Positions 50,375 through 59,624 of a DNA stretch of 64,000 bases are shown here, in pieces. A program made the position numbers and the translations under genes. The stretch is taken from assembly GCA_020059465.1 (NCBI GenBank), contig JAGVBZ010000021.1, forward strand, positions 34,788 through 98,787, written 5' to 3'. Below the pieces are notes generated by a model. The model ran no database searches. It had not been told where the DNA came from and saw only the letters and a program-made list of their open reading frames with translations. This DNA comes from Brevinematales bacterium (GTDB taxonomy: Bacteria; Spirochaetota; Brevinematia; Brevinematales; GWF1-51-8). The first letter of the stretch is position 1. Each line of letters opens with the position of its first letter.

Positions 50375-50411
50375 ACTTTGTAACGGTACTCAATCATATC
50401 ATTTGGAGAAT

Positions 50412-50466
50412 AAAAAACCGCCCTCGCTGCGCGGGAACAAGTCCCGCACCCTGAAGACGGCTTTTT
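50412..50466 (-). terminator. Terminator with nested inner hairpin
   Basis: Minus strand GCCGTCTTC..GAGGGCGGT stem (G-U pairs) + T6; inner GCGGGA-CTTGT-TCCCGC. Confidence 0.6.
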
Positions 50467-50483
50467 ACTATTATATCGTTACC

Positions 50484-50723
50484 CTACTTCCCCTTCGGCT
50501 TGATCCCCAGAATCGTGCTCTTGATCCAGCCCCAGTTCAGGATGATATGCAGGATAACCAGCCCGCTGAAAACCGCTCCATTGATATTATGGACATCGAA
50601 AACCCACAAGGGGGAGGAGAGCAGCCCGAACTCTTCCATTTTCATGAGCGATATCGAAACAAACTGGATCAGGAATACAATAAACAATACCGGGTTCAGG
50701 AATTTCAATAATTTGCTTTTCAT
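50484..50723 (-). CDS. Small 2-TM putative heme-binding protein (DUF4405-like)
   Basis: 'VHNINGAVFSGLVILHIILNWGWI', two His 14 residues apart in the second TM. Confidence 0.7.
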   Translation of the reverse strand: MKSKLLKFLNPVLFIVFLIQFVSISLMKMEEFGLLSSPLWVFDVHNINGAVFSGLVILHIILNWGWIKSTILGIKPKGK

Positions 50724-50732
50724 GCCCGTACC

Positions 50733-51287
50733 CTAGAATTTTACTTTTACCATCGCAAGCTGTTTATGCTTGGATGTAAAGGTATCGTCCGCGCCGGCCG
50801 CGAAAACAACGGTGTGCTCGCCGGGTTCGAACGCCGAATCATAGGGATCGCGGTAGGAAAGGTCGATAGTGAACGTGATTTGGGTAAAACCGTCCTTCTC
50901 GAAACCGGTGCATGAAAGAATGTGGTCTTTTCCGCCGATTTCAGTATCCGGCTGGTGCTTCCACGGCTGTACGCCGAACTCGTCCCGCATATACGCTTTG
51001 CCGTCCTTCACATACCCGATATAAATATCGCCGTCCTTCATTTTGTTCTTCGCGTCGATCATAATCGATATCCATCCGGTCGTCTTACCCTGCAGGGTAA
51101 AGGTGATATTACTGTATGTACGGACCCATTCCAATGAAAAATTACCGCTGCTGATCTTTGTATCCCCTTTGGCAGACGCATCGACCTTCGGGACGGGATT
51201 ATCCGTCTTTTCTTTTCCGTTGCACGCGGTAAATCCGCACATCACCATAATAAAAGCAAAAGTTAATACACTGATTGTTTTTTTCAT
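50733..51287 (-). CDS. DOMON-domain lipoprotein
   Basis: Lipoprotein signal (FTAC); TTGWISI, KMKDGDIYIGYV, terminal H (SKHK); start 51287 with AAGGAGG. Confidence 0.8.
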   Translation of the reverse strand: MKKTISVLTFAFIMVMCGFTACNGKEKTDNPVPKVDASAKGDTKISSGNFSLEWVRTYSNITFTLQGKTTGWISIMIDAKNKMKDGDIYIGYVKDGKAYMRDEFGVQPWKHQPDTEIGGKDHILSCTGFEKDGFTQITFTIDLSYRDPYDSAFEPGEHTVVFAAGADDTFTSKHKQLAMVKVKF

Positions 51288-51482
51288 ATCTTCCTCCTTG
51301 CTAATCATATATCGCCTGTAAAAAAAAGGCAACAATCAGGAGATTCATGAAAAACGATGTCGAAAGTATTAAATCAAAAGAATCTGTACTTCCGGCGTCC
51401 GAAAAAACATAAAAAATATTGAAAGTTTTCACTTTTACTTTATGATATACAAGCTGTTTTTCTGAAAATCGAGGAGGGTTTT

Positions 51483-53684
51483 ATGATCCATACCGTATCG
51501 AAGGATATTCTCAACCGTGTCGTGCATTTCGATTATCATGACCCGTTTCATGTCCTCGGGATTCACCCTATGGAAGTCGAGGGGAAAAACGTGGTCGCCA
51601 TACGGCATTTTAACCCTGCCGCAAAAAAGATATGGGTGATCGATACCGAATCGAAAAAAGAGTTCGAAATGGATAAAACTCATGACGAGGGGTTTTTCGA
51701 GTGCGTTTTTGAAAACCGGAAAAATGTATTCGATTACGAATATAAGGTAGAGTATCATAGCGGCGAAGCACACAAGTATCATGACCCTTATGCCTTCCTG
51801 CCTATCCTCGGCGAACAGGATATGTACTACTTCAGCAGCGGTACCCATCAGACAGTGTACGAGAAACTCGGCGCGCATATGATGACGATCAACAAGATCA
51901 AAGGCGTACATTTCGCGGTATGGGCGCCGAACGCCAAAGCGGTTTCGGTAGTCGGCGGGTTCAACGGATGGGATAACCGCCGTCACCAGATGCGCACTCT
52001 GGGGGGATGCGGGATATGGGAGATATTTATCCCGGGGCTTTCCGAGGGCGAGGTATATAAGTTTTCCATAAAATCCCAGCACAATCAGATTATCGAAAAA
52101 GCCGACCCGTATGCGTTTTATGCGGAACTCCGTCCCCGTACCGGATCGGTCGTATGGGATATCAACAAGTATAAATGGCACGATAAAGAATTCATGGAAA
52201 AGCGCGCGAAGAAACATAACCTTTCCGAGCCGATGTCCGCTTACGAGGTGCATCTCGGCTCATGGAAACGCGGCGCGAACAGCGAGTATATGACCTACAA
52301 GGAACTTGCCCACGATCTCGCTGAGTACTGCAACTATATGGGATACACTCATATCGAACTGATGCCGATTGCGGAACACCCGTTCGACGGCTCATGGGGA
52401 TATCAGGTCACAGGATACTTCGCCCCTACGAGCCGCTTCGGATGCCCCGAGGACTTTATGAATTTCGTCGATTATATGCATCAGCACGATGTCGGAGTGA
52501 TTGTGGACTGGGTTCCCGGGCACTTCCCGAAGGACTCGCACGGACTGAACAACTTCGACGGCACTGCGCTGTATGAGCACTCCGACCCTCGCCAGGGCGA
52601 GCATATGGATTGGGGCACCAAGATTTTCAACTACGGCCGCAACGAAGTCAAATGTTTCCTTTTATCCAACGCCATCTTCTGGCTCGAGAAATATCATATC
52701 GACGGCCTCCGGGTGGACGCAGTCGCATCGATGCTTTACCTTGATTACAGCCGGAAGGAAGGGGAATGGGTTCCGAATATCTACGGCGGCCGCGAAAACC
52801 TCGAAGCCATCGCATTTATGAAGCAGATGAACGAAATCGTTTATGCCCGTTACCCCGGAGTGACCACTATCGCAGAGGAATCGACCGCGTTCGGCGGGGT
52901 ATCCCGCCCTACCTACGTCGGCGGTCTCGGCTTCGAGTTCAAATGGAACATGGGCTGGATGAACGATACGCTCCGCTATTTCTCGAAAGAGCCTGTACAT
53001 AGAAGATACCATCAGGGCGAACTGACATTCTCGCTCATTTATGCGTTCAGCGAAAACTTTGTCCTCGTACTCTCGCATGACGAGGTCGTACATGGAAAAA
53101 ATTCGATCATCAATAAAATGCCCGGAGATATGTGGCAGAAATTCGCAAACACGAGACTCCTTTATTTTTATATGTGGACACATCCCGGAAAGAAACTCCT
53201 TTTCCAGGGACAGGATTTCGGGCAATGGGACGAATGGCGTGCCGAATTCAGCATCGACTGGCATCTTGCGCAGTACGACCCGCACCGCAAACTGATGGAA
53301 CTTGTGCGCGACCTTAACCATCTCTATAAGAGCGAACCCGCACTCCATGAGGTCGATTTCGAACCGTCGGGCTTCGAATGGATAGATTTCTATGATTCCG
53401 ATAACAGCGTACTTTCGTTTATTCGGCGCGCGAAGAACGGCGATTTTGTAGTAGTCGCCTTGAACTTCACGCCGGTTCCCCGCCATAATTACCGTATCGG
53501 CGTCATCTACGAAGGCTTCTATAAGGAAATGCTGAACTCCGACGCATACCAGTATTGGGGCGGAAATATCGGAAACGAGGGCGGCCGCTGGACAGATCCC
53601 ATATCATGGCAGGGTAAGCCTCATTCTATCAATGCGACACTGCCTCCGCTCGGCGGAGTGGTATTCAAGCTTCAGAAACAATAA
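51483..53684 (+). CDS. glgB: 1,4-alpha-glucan branching enzyme
   Basis: [47 protein letters not shown]. Confidence 0.98.
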   Translation: MIHTVSKDILNRVVHFDYHDPFHVLGIHPMEVEGKNVVAIRHFNPAAKKIWVIDTESKKEFEMDKTHDEGFFECVFENRKNVFDYEYKVEYHSGEAHKYHDPYAFLPILGEQDMYYFSSGTHQTVYEKLGAHMMTINKIKGVHFAVWAPNAKAVSVVGGFNGWDNRRHQMRTLGGCGIWEIFIPGLSEGEVYKFSIKSQHNQIIEKADPYAFYAELRPRTGSVVWDINKYKWHDKEFMEKRAKKHNLSEPMSAYEVHLGSWKRGANSEYMTYKELAHDLAEYCNYMGYTHIELMPIAEHPFDGSWGYQVTGYFAPTSRFGCPEDFMNFVDYMHQHDVGVIVDWVPGHFPKDSHGLNNFDGTALYEHSDPRQGEHMDWGTKIFNYGRNEVKCFLLSNAIFWLEKYHIDGLRVDAVASMLYLDYSRKEGEWVPNIYGGRENLEAIAFMKQMNEIVYARYPGVTTIAEESTAFGGVSRPTYVGGLGFEFKWNMGWMNDTLRYFSKEPVHRRYHQGELTFSLIYAFSENFVLVLSHDEVVHGKNSIINKMPGDMWQKFANTRLLYFYMWTHPGKKLLFQGQDFGQWDEWRAEFSIDWHLAQYDPHRKLMELVRDLNHLYKSEPALHEVDFEPSGFEWIDFYDSDNSVLSFIRRAKNGDFVVVALNFTPVPRHNYRIGVIYEGFYKEMLNSDAYQYWGGNIGNEGGRWTDPISWQGKPHSINATLPPLGGVVFKLQKQ

Positions 53685-53699
53685 TACAGGGGGTTATCA

Positions 53700-55907
53700 A
53701 TGGCTGACGAAAAAGTAAAAGAGACTCAGGCAGAAGGGGAAGCCAAACCCGCAAAGAAGAAACTGAATAAAACTGTGATCATGCTTCTTCTGTGTTTGGG
53801 TGTCATTCTAATTGTTCTGGGAAGTTTCTATATCGATACGGAAGGAAACTCAAGATTCCCGCTGAACTCGATGTTCCATACGATCGAACAGACTTCCATC
53901 ACATGGAGGTTCGGCGCTAAGGCGCTCTCCGGTTTCCATACCGCTCAGGGTTCCGCAGTCGTCAATATTCAGGAGAAGGAAGGGATATATAAGAATATCG
54001 TTATTGCCGGAATCACCGGGGAAACCCTTTCCCAACTCGGAGAATGGCCGTTCGACCGGAAATATCACGCTCAACTCCTGAACAACCTGAATTCCCAGAC
54101 CAACCAGAAGAATCCGGTGAACAAACGATTCGTATTCTTCGATATCCTGTTCGGCGTAAAGGGCGATTCCGCCAGCGACAAAGCGCTTTATGATGCGATC
54201 AAGAATTACTCCGGCCCGATCGGCGAGGACTTCATCCTTGACAACAGTTCGGTGTCTGAGATCAAGGCGGTCGACGAGCAGGCCATGGTGGAGCATGAGA
54301 TCAATAAACTTCTCACCGAAAGCATGGACTATATGTCGAATTATGTTCAGGTGCTGAAACGGTTCGAATTGGACCCGGAGAAGAATTTCGACCTTACAAT
54401 GAATGAACTTAGGAAGATTCAGACCTTCGATAAAGCGTACCTGATTCTCCCGGAGATCGTCAGCAATCTTAAGTTCTGCGGATCGGCAAATATCGATACC
54501 CAGTTCGGATTGTCCCGCAAAAACCCGTTAATCATCCGTCAGACTTACTATACAATCACCTACGAGACAAACAGCGACGGCGAACTTGAAGGGTATCTTG
54601 AAAAGAAATACGCCTATTACCCGAACATCATTCTTTCGATGGTCGTTCAGCTGCTCGACGCGCAGGTATCGGATATTTTCGTAAAAAAAGGAAAAGTTAT
54701 TGTTAAGAACGCGACATATGACGGAAAGAAAATGGATTTCGAAATCCCCGTCGACGACCGTTTCCGTCTCGCTATTAACTATAAAGCGACTGAGAATGCG
54801 GAATATGTCAAAATAATGCCGTACCACGATCTGATGAACGGCGGCGTATCGGCGAATTCGGTCATACTTGTCGGTATGTTTGCCAAGGGCGCGAAGGCGG
54901 TACAGGACGTCAAGCTCTCGCCGCTCGGCAATATGTTCGGGATTCTGCATATCGCTTACGCGCTCGGAACGGTCATGAACCGCGACTTTATTATTTCCGT
55001 TCCTCATTGGCTGAATATACTTTATACCATCGTTCTTGCATCGATTGTCGCGCTTCTTATCTCGCGCGGCACCCGTTTTACGATACTCGCGGGACTGGTC
55101 GGTATCGTTATCCCTATCGGCGTGGGTTTCGCACTATTTTTCGCAAATATCGAAATATTGACGCTCATCCCGCTGATCACGAATGCGTTGACGCTGATAG
55201 CCGGTGAAATATATCTGCTTCTTACCGAAGAAAAGGAAAAACGTTTTATCAAGAGCACCTTCTCCAGCTATGTAAACCCCGAAGTCGTCGATATTCTCAT
55301 CAAGCACCCCGATAAAATGAAGCTCGGAGGCGATTCGAAGGAACTGACGATTATGTTCTCCGATATCAGGGGATTCACTTCGATCTCGGAAGGCATGACG
55401 CCGGAGTACCTGATTAACTTCCTGAACGAGTACCTCACCGGCCAGACCGATATCGTCATGGAGACACAGGGTACGCTCGATAAATACATCGGCGACGCGG
55501 TAATGGCATTCTGGGGCGCTCCGATCGAAATCGCCGATCATGTGCTGAAGGCATGTCAGGCCGCCGTAAAGATGATGGAAGCGGTGCATACGTTTAACGA
55601 GTCACGGGTCGTTCACGGTGATAAGCCGATCGATATCGGCATCGGTCTGAATACAGCTATCGTGAACGTCGGGAACGTGGGCTCGTCGACACGCAAGAAC
55701 TATACGGTTATCGGCGACGGTGTGAACCTCGCATCGCGCTTAGAAGGTACGAACAAAATTTACCACACGAATATCATTATCAGCGAGGCGACCTACGAAA
55801 AGGTAAAAGACTATCTGATCGTCCGGGAACTCGATTATATCGCTGTAAAGGGTAAGAAAGAGCCTGTAAAAATATACGAACTCTGGGATGTGAAGAAGTG
55901 GGATTAA
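53700..55907 (+). CDS. CHASE2-domain adenylate/guanylate cyclase
   Basis: GEWPFDR, FFDILF (CHASE2), three TMs, FSDIRGFT, DKYIGDAVMA, YTVIGDGVNLASRLE. Confidence 0.92.
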   Translation: MADEKVKETQAEGEAKPAKKKLNKTVIMLLLCLGVILIVLGSFYIDTEGNSRFPLNSMFHTIEQTSITWRFGAKALSGFHTAQGSAVVNIQEKEGIYKNIVIAGITGETLSQLGEWPFDRKYHAQLLNNLNSQTNQKNPVNKRFVFFDILFGVKGDSASDKALYDAIKNYSGPIGEDFILDNSSVSEIKAVDEQAMVEHEINKLLTESMDYMSNYVQVLKRFELDPEKNFDLTMNELRKIQTFDKAYLILPEIVSNLKFCGSANIDTQFGLSRKNPLIIRQTYYTITYETNSDGELEGYLEKKYAYYPNIILSMVVQLLDAQVSDIFVKKGKVIVKNATYDGKKMDFEIPVDDRFRLAINYKATENAEYVKIMPYHDLMNGGVSANSVILVGMFAKGAKAVQDVKLSPLGNMFGILHIAYALGTVMNRDFIISVPHWLNILYTIVLASIVALLISRGTRFTILAGLVGIVIPIGVGFALFFANIEILTLIPLITNALTLIAGEIYLLLTEEKEKRFIKSTFSSYVNPEVVDILIKHPDKMKLGGDSKELTIMFSDIRGFTSISEGMTPEYLINFLNEYLTGQTDIVMETQGTLDKYIGDAVMAFWGAPIEIADHVLKACQAAVKMMEAVHTFNESRVVHGDKPIDIGIGLNTAIVNVGNVGSSTRKNYTVIGDGVNLASRLEGTNKIYHTNIIISEATYEKVKDYLIVRELDYIAVKGKKEPVKIYELWDVKKWD

Positions 55908-55919
55908 AATCCCGGATTA

Positions 55920-55948
55920 TTGACTAAAACAGTGTATTCCGCTAAAAT
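55920..55948 (+). promoter_or_regulatory. Sigma70-type promoter
   Basis: TTGACT-N17-TAAAAT. Confidence 0.65.
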
Positions 55949-55954
55949 ATCTCT

Positions 55955-56042
55955 TGGGCGCTTCCGCATAATGGATCTTTCATTCTGCGGGAGTGCCCAT
56001 TGAGCGGTTTCGTCGATTAGGATGTAATACAACCGGAATCGC
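55955..56042 (+). ncRNA. Candidate structured leader RNA (two hairpins)
   Basis: Stem 55955-55999 and stem 56004-56042, both with G-U pairs on the + strand, starting at the predicted TSS. Confidence 0.4.
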
Positions 56043-56074
56043 GCTTAATTTATTCGGCAGAACAAGGGGTAACG

Positions 56075-56872
56075 ATGTCTCAAGCTCCTGCTATACCTTT
56101 GAATGAGGTAATCGAGGAATCGCGGAATAACCTGTTTTCACAGGACGCCATTGGAATCATGTTCAATAATCTCGGCTTGATCAAGTTTAAGAACATGCTG
56201 ACTATGCCGAACGACGGCAGTGTACCGCTCTATACGATCTTCATGAAGCCGGATAACACTGCCCTCATCTTGGACAAAGTTCCCAAACTTTTCCCCTACA
56301 CGAAAGGCATCACATTAAAGCTGACCGCACCGCAGAAACGGCGGAAGCTGATTACTTATCTAAACGACTCCATCCTCGATTTTATCGACCGGATGGAACT
56401 CGAGACATCGATCAATATTATCCACGAGCTTACCGCGAACGGCGAAAAAGCGAACCTCGAGAATATCATTGTCCGGCAGAAACTCGCCACCGATCCGAAA
56501 GAAGTTCCTCCGCTGATTCGCAACGAGCGGGATATGCTTTTACAGATGTGCAATAATCGCAGTAAATGGGTAAAAATTTCGTGGAAATTCACCCATAAGA
56601 TATTTAAGATTGAAGTAAAAAACAATACTCCCATCGACAGTATGGGTCTTTCAAATATTAAGGAAAAAGTCTCCACCAAGCTGAACACGATCGCGGATGG
56701 GTTTATCGGCGAAATCGACGATAAAATCGGAGCAGGTTTGGGGCTTTTCTTCGTAAACTTCTTCAAGGATGAAATGAAAGAAAAATATGATTTCGAGACT
56801 ATTTTCCGGGTATACGAAAGCGATTTCGGCGAGACCATCGCCAGTCTGACGGTGATGTTTGAGAGGAATTAA
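56075..56872 (+). CDS. Hypothetical protein with degenerate HATPase_c-like motifs
   Basis: IHELTANGEKAN (N-box-like) and GAGLGLF (G2-box-like); no HisKA. Confidence 0.6.
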   Translation: MSQAPAIPLNEVIEESRNNLFSQDAIGIMFNNLGLIKFKNMLTMPNDGSVPLYTIFMKPDNTALILDKVPKLFPYTKGITLKLTAPQKRRKLITYLNDSILDFIDRMELETSINIIHELTANGEKANLENIIVRQKLATDPKEVPPLIRNERDMLLQMCNNRSKWVKISWKFTHKIFKIEVKNNTPIDSMGLSNIKEKVSTKLNTIADGFIGEIDDKIGAGLGLFFVNFFKDEMKEKYDFETIFRVYESDFGETIASLTVMFERN

Positions 56873-56992
56873 GCGCCCCCGAAATCCCGTTGAGTATGAG
56901 TAAATAATGCATGATAGTAAATAAAATACCCCAATAACGCAGCCTTCCGCCGGTTTTAGGCGATTTAAAATGCGTTATAAAAAGAGGTTCCT

Positions 56993-58882
56993 TTGAAATT
57001 CCGACTATTTATACTATTGATATTTTCCGTCCTTTTTATTTCTTGCGGCCCGTCGCTGATCAAGCAGACAGAAGACGCAAAAAAAGCGGTACAGGACGGG
57101 CTGGTAAAATCCTACACCCGGGACCTTAAGGTCGAACTACATTTTTTTACCAACCTTTCCGGCCAAAAGGATATCAATTATCTTTCCAAAGCGCTTCCCG
57201 AAATGCTGTATGCATACCTCAAACCCGTCGAAGCCGAACAGGCATATGTGGATTTTTTACCCGCCGGACTGACAGTTTCCCCGGAATTGGAAAAGACTAT
57301 TCTGGATAATATCATGTTTTTTTCCAATTATATCACCAATGTCGCGTCCGTACTGACCCAGAGAGCGTTCCAACTCCTTACCAATACTAATTTTTTCGCT
57401 CATGCCTCGAATTACACTAAATATCTCTCCGTGTCCAATACCTATATGAACATCATTCTGACAAACTACAGTATGAAAATCCAGTGGAAAAACACGAATA
57501 CCATCACCAATATGATCGTAAATATTTTTACCAATTTCACAGGTACGAATGTTACAAAAACCAATCTGAACCGCATATTCGGCCCTCAGCTTTACACCCT
57601 GATAACAAACGAGTTTCCCAATTTGAAAACGAGTTTCTCGCATATCCCCGTGTCGCTTGTTAAAAAATTCACCCTGACGGCTACAAATCTTCCCGCAGCC
57701 GGGAAAACACCCGATGTTCCCAAACCGGTCACTGCCGATGCAGTCCAGCCGTCCAAAGAAGCGCCCCCGAAAAATACAAAGGATGCCAAAGCGCCTCCGA
57801 AGGCCGATCCGAAAAAGGATGTGAAAACACCTCCGGCGAAGGATAAGACTCCCGAAGCGCCTGTCAAGCAAACCAATATTCTTAAACCCGCCGAGGAGTT
57901 GAAACCGTTTACGTTATATATCAAGGGGGCGTATAAAATCAAGTCGCAGGGGAAAGGCCCGACGATAATCGAGATAACGCTTAAACTGACCAAAGTTGCG
58001 GGCAAAACGAATACAAACACCTATACGCTTGTCTGCCGCGAAGACCAAGTATCGGATAAGATAATCGAGTTTCTGAAGCCGATCCGCCAGTTGATAATCA
58101 ACCGGTCGGCGGGAGATATAATTATTGTGACTGAGCCTGCGGCCGCGAACGTTTATCTCGACGGATCCTACGTCGGCAAATCTCCGTTATACTACCCCGC
58201 TGTCATCGGAGGTAAACATCAGATCGCATTCATTAAGGACGGGTACAACCTGAAGAATATCGCTGTCAATGTAATAACTAATATGACGAATATTGTCACA
58301 ACCCATATCAGTAAGCTGGACGAGGGCGGGATTGTGTTCATCGGTTCGTCTCCCACCAACTGTCTGGTGTTCATCGATTCGCTCTATGTGGGAAATACGC
58401 CCGTGCAGGTATCAAACCTGACAATCGGGGTCGAGCACAGGGTCAAGATTATTACCGGCGATACTAATCAGTTTAAACCGTATTATACTGTGTTCAAGCT
58501 GAATCACCCGGGGCAGGAAATCACGATCAATGCATGGCTGAAGGATTATCAGGAAGTATCGCCTAAAGACACACAAAAAGCCGCTTGGATTGCCGCGTAT
58601 GCAGGATGGGGATTAACGCTTGCGGCGTTCGGAGTGGGAATCTATACCCATTATCAGTCTGAGTTTAATTACGACCTTTATTACGCGAATCACTTATCAT
58701 ATTATAAAGTCAAGGGCGACGATTTCCAGAGTATCACAAAAACCAGTTATACGATCAGTATAATCGCCGCGCTGGCCGCCGCAGGGCTGACCCAAAACGC
58801 CCTCTATCAGGAAAGGGTCTACCTCGGTCTGGAAAAACTATCCTCCGATGAAGTAAACGCGACCATCTCTATACAATACTGA
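56993..58882 (+). CDS. PEGA-domain lipoprotein with TN-rich region and P/K/A-rich linker
   Basis: Lipobox FISC (TTG start); two PEGA units (EPAAANVYLDGSYVGKSP; SSPTNCLVFIDSLYVGNTP); C-terminal TMs. Confidence 0.8.
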   Translation: MKFRLFILLIFSVLFISCGPSLIKQTEDAKKAVQDGLVKSYTRDLKVELHFFTNLSGQKDINYLSKALPEMLYAYLKPVEAEQAYVDFLPAGLTVSPELEKTILDNIMFFSNYITNVASVLTQRAFQLLTNTNFFAHASNYTKYLSVSNTYMNIILTNYSMKIQWKNTNTITNMIVNIFTNFTGTNVTKTNLNRIFGPQLYTLITNEFPNLKTSFSHIPVSLVKKFTLTATNLPAAGKTPDVPKPVTADAVQPSKEAPPKNTKDAKAPPKADPKKDVKTPPAKDKTPEAPVKQTNILKPAEELKPFTLYIKGAYKIKSQGKGPTIIEITLKLTKVAGKTNTNTYTLVCREDQVSDKIIEFLKPIRQLIINRSAGDIIIVTEPAAANVYLDGSYVGKSPLYYPAVIGGKHQIAFIKDGYNLKNIAVNVITNMTNIVTTHISKLDEGGIVFIGSSPTNCLVFIDSLYVGNTPVQVSNLTIGVEHRVKIITGDTNQFKPYYTVFKLNHPGQEITINAWLKDYQEVSPKDTQKAAWIAAYAGWGLTLAAFGVGIYTHYQSEFNYDLYYANHLSYYKVKGDDFQSITKTSYTISIIAALAAAGLTQNALYQERVYLGLEKLSSDEVNATISIQY

Positions 58883-58938
58883 CAAAAACAGGAAACATCA
58901 TGTCGGCAGGTTAAATTTCGCGATTGGTAGAACGTTGT

Positions 58939-59499
58939 TTATTCGACTCTGGGTGTCCCGATCTCATCCGCGCCGGTATTCAGGAATTCCTGTATCAGAG
59001 TATCCACTTCCTCATGCTTATACGTGTTGGCTCGCTCGAACGCGATATCCTGATTGGCTTCGCGAAGTTTGCGGATCAGGCTGTAGATTATAAGGGTCAG
59101 TATTTTGATACCCGCGGACGGGTAGTATTTGATATAATGAATAAATTTTGTACGCGAAATACGAAGCACCTCGACTTCGTCCTTTGCAATAATTTTCGCA
59201 GTCCGTTTGACATCGAGAAAGATCGCGGCCTCGCCGAACACATCGCCCTTTCCGATCGTGCAGATAAAAATATCGTTCCCGTTCTCGTTATGCACATACA
59301 CTTCGGTTATGCCCTTGGTGATCACGAAAAGGCAGGAGCTGACATCCCCCTCGTCTATAATCACTTCGTCGGCGTCGTAACTGTAGAACTGTGAGAGACC
59401 TATTATCTCATCAAGCTCTTTATCGCTGAGATACTGAAAAATGTTCGCGGTTTTCAACGCAACCAACAGTTTCGTTCTATCAGGGGTTATCTCAGTCAT
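58939..59499 (-). CDS. Cyclic-nucleotide-binding domain protein (no clear HTH)
   Basis: IIDEGD, LFVITKG, GDVFGEAA, RTAKIIA; start 59499 after GGAGG. Confidence 0.9.
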   Translation of the reverse strand: MTEITPDRTKLLVALKTANIFQYLSDKELDEIIGLSQFYSYDADEVIIDEGDVSSCLFVITKGITEVYVHNENGNDIFICTIGKGDVFGEAAIFLDVKRTAKIIAKDEVEVLRISRTKFIHYIKYYPSAGIKILTLIIYSLIRKLREANQDIAFERANTYKHEEVDTLIQEFLNTGADEIGTPRVE

Positions 59500-59514
59500 A
59501 TACGCCTCCAAAAG

Positions 59515-59549
59515 TTTCTTATAAAATTATGAAATAATTTTATAAGAAA
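59515..59549. repeat. Perfect AT-rich inverted repeat in divergent promoter region
   Basis: TTTCTTATAAAATTAT-GAA-ATAATTTTATAAGAAA, 16-bp arms. Confidence 0.85.
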
Positions 59550-59569
59550 GGCAAATTTACAAACGAAAA

Positions 59570-59599
59570 TTGACAATTCCTGCTCAATATTGTTATAAT
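59570..59599 (+). promoter_or_regulatory. Consensus sigma70 promoter of GH13 lipoprotein
   Basis: TTGACA-N18 with extended TGnTATAAT. Confidence 0.75.
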
Positions 59600-59624
59600 C
59601 AAACCAGTATTTTAGGAGGTTCCC

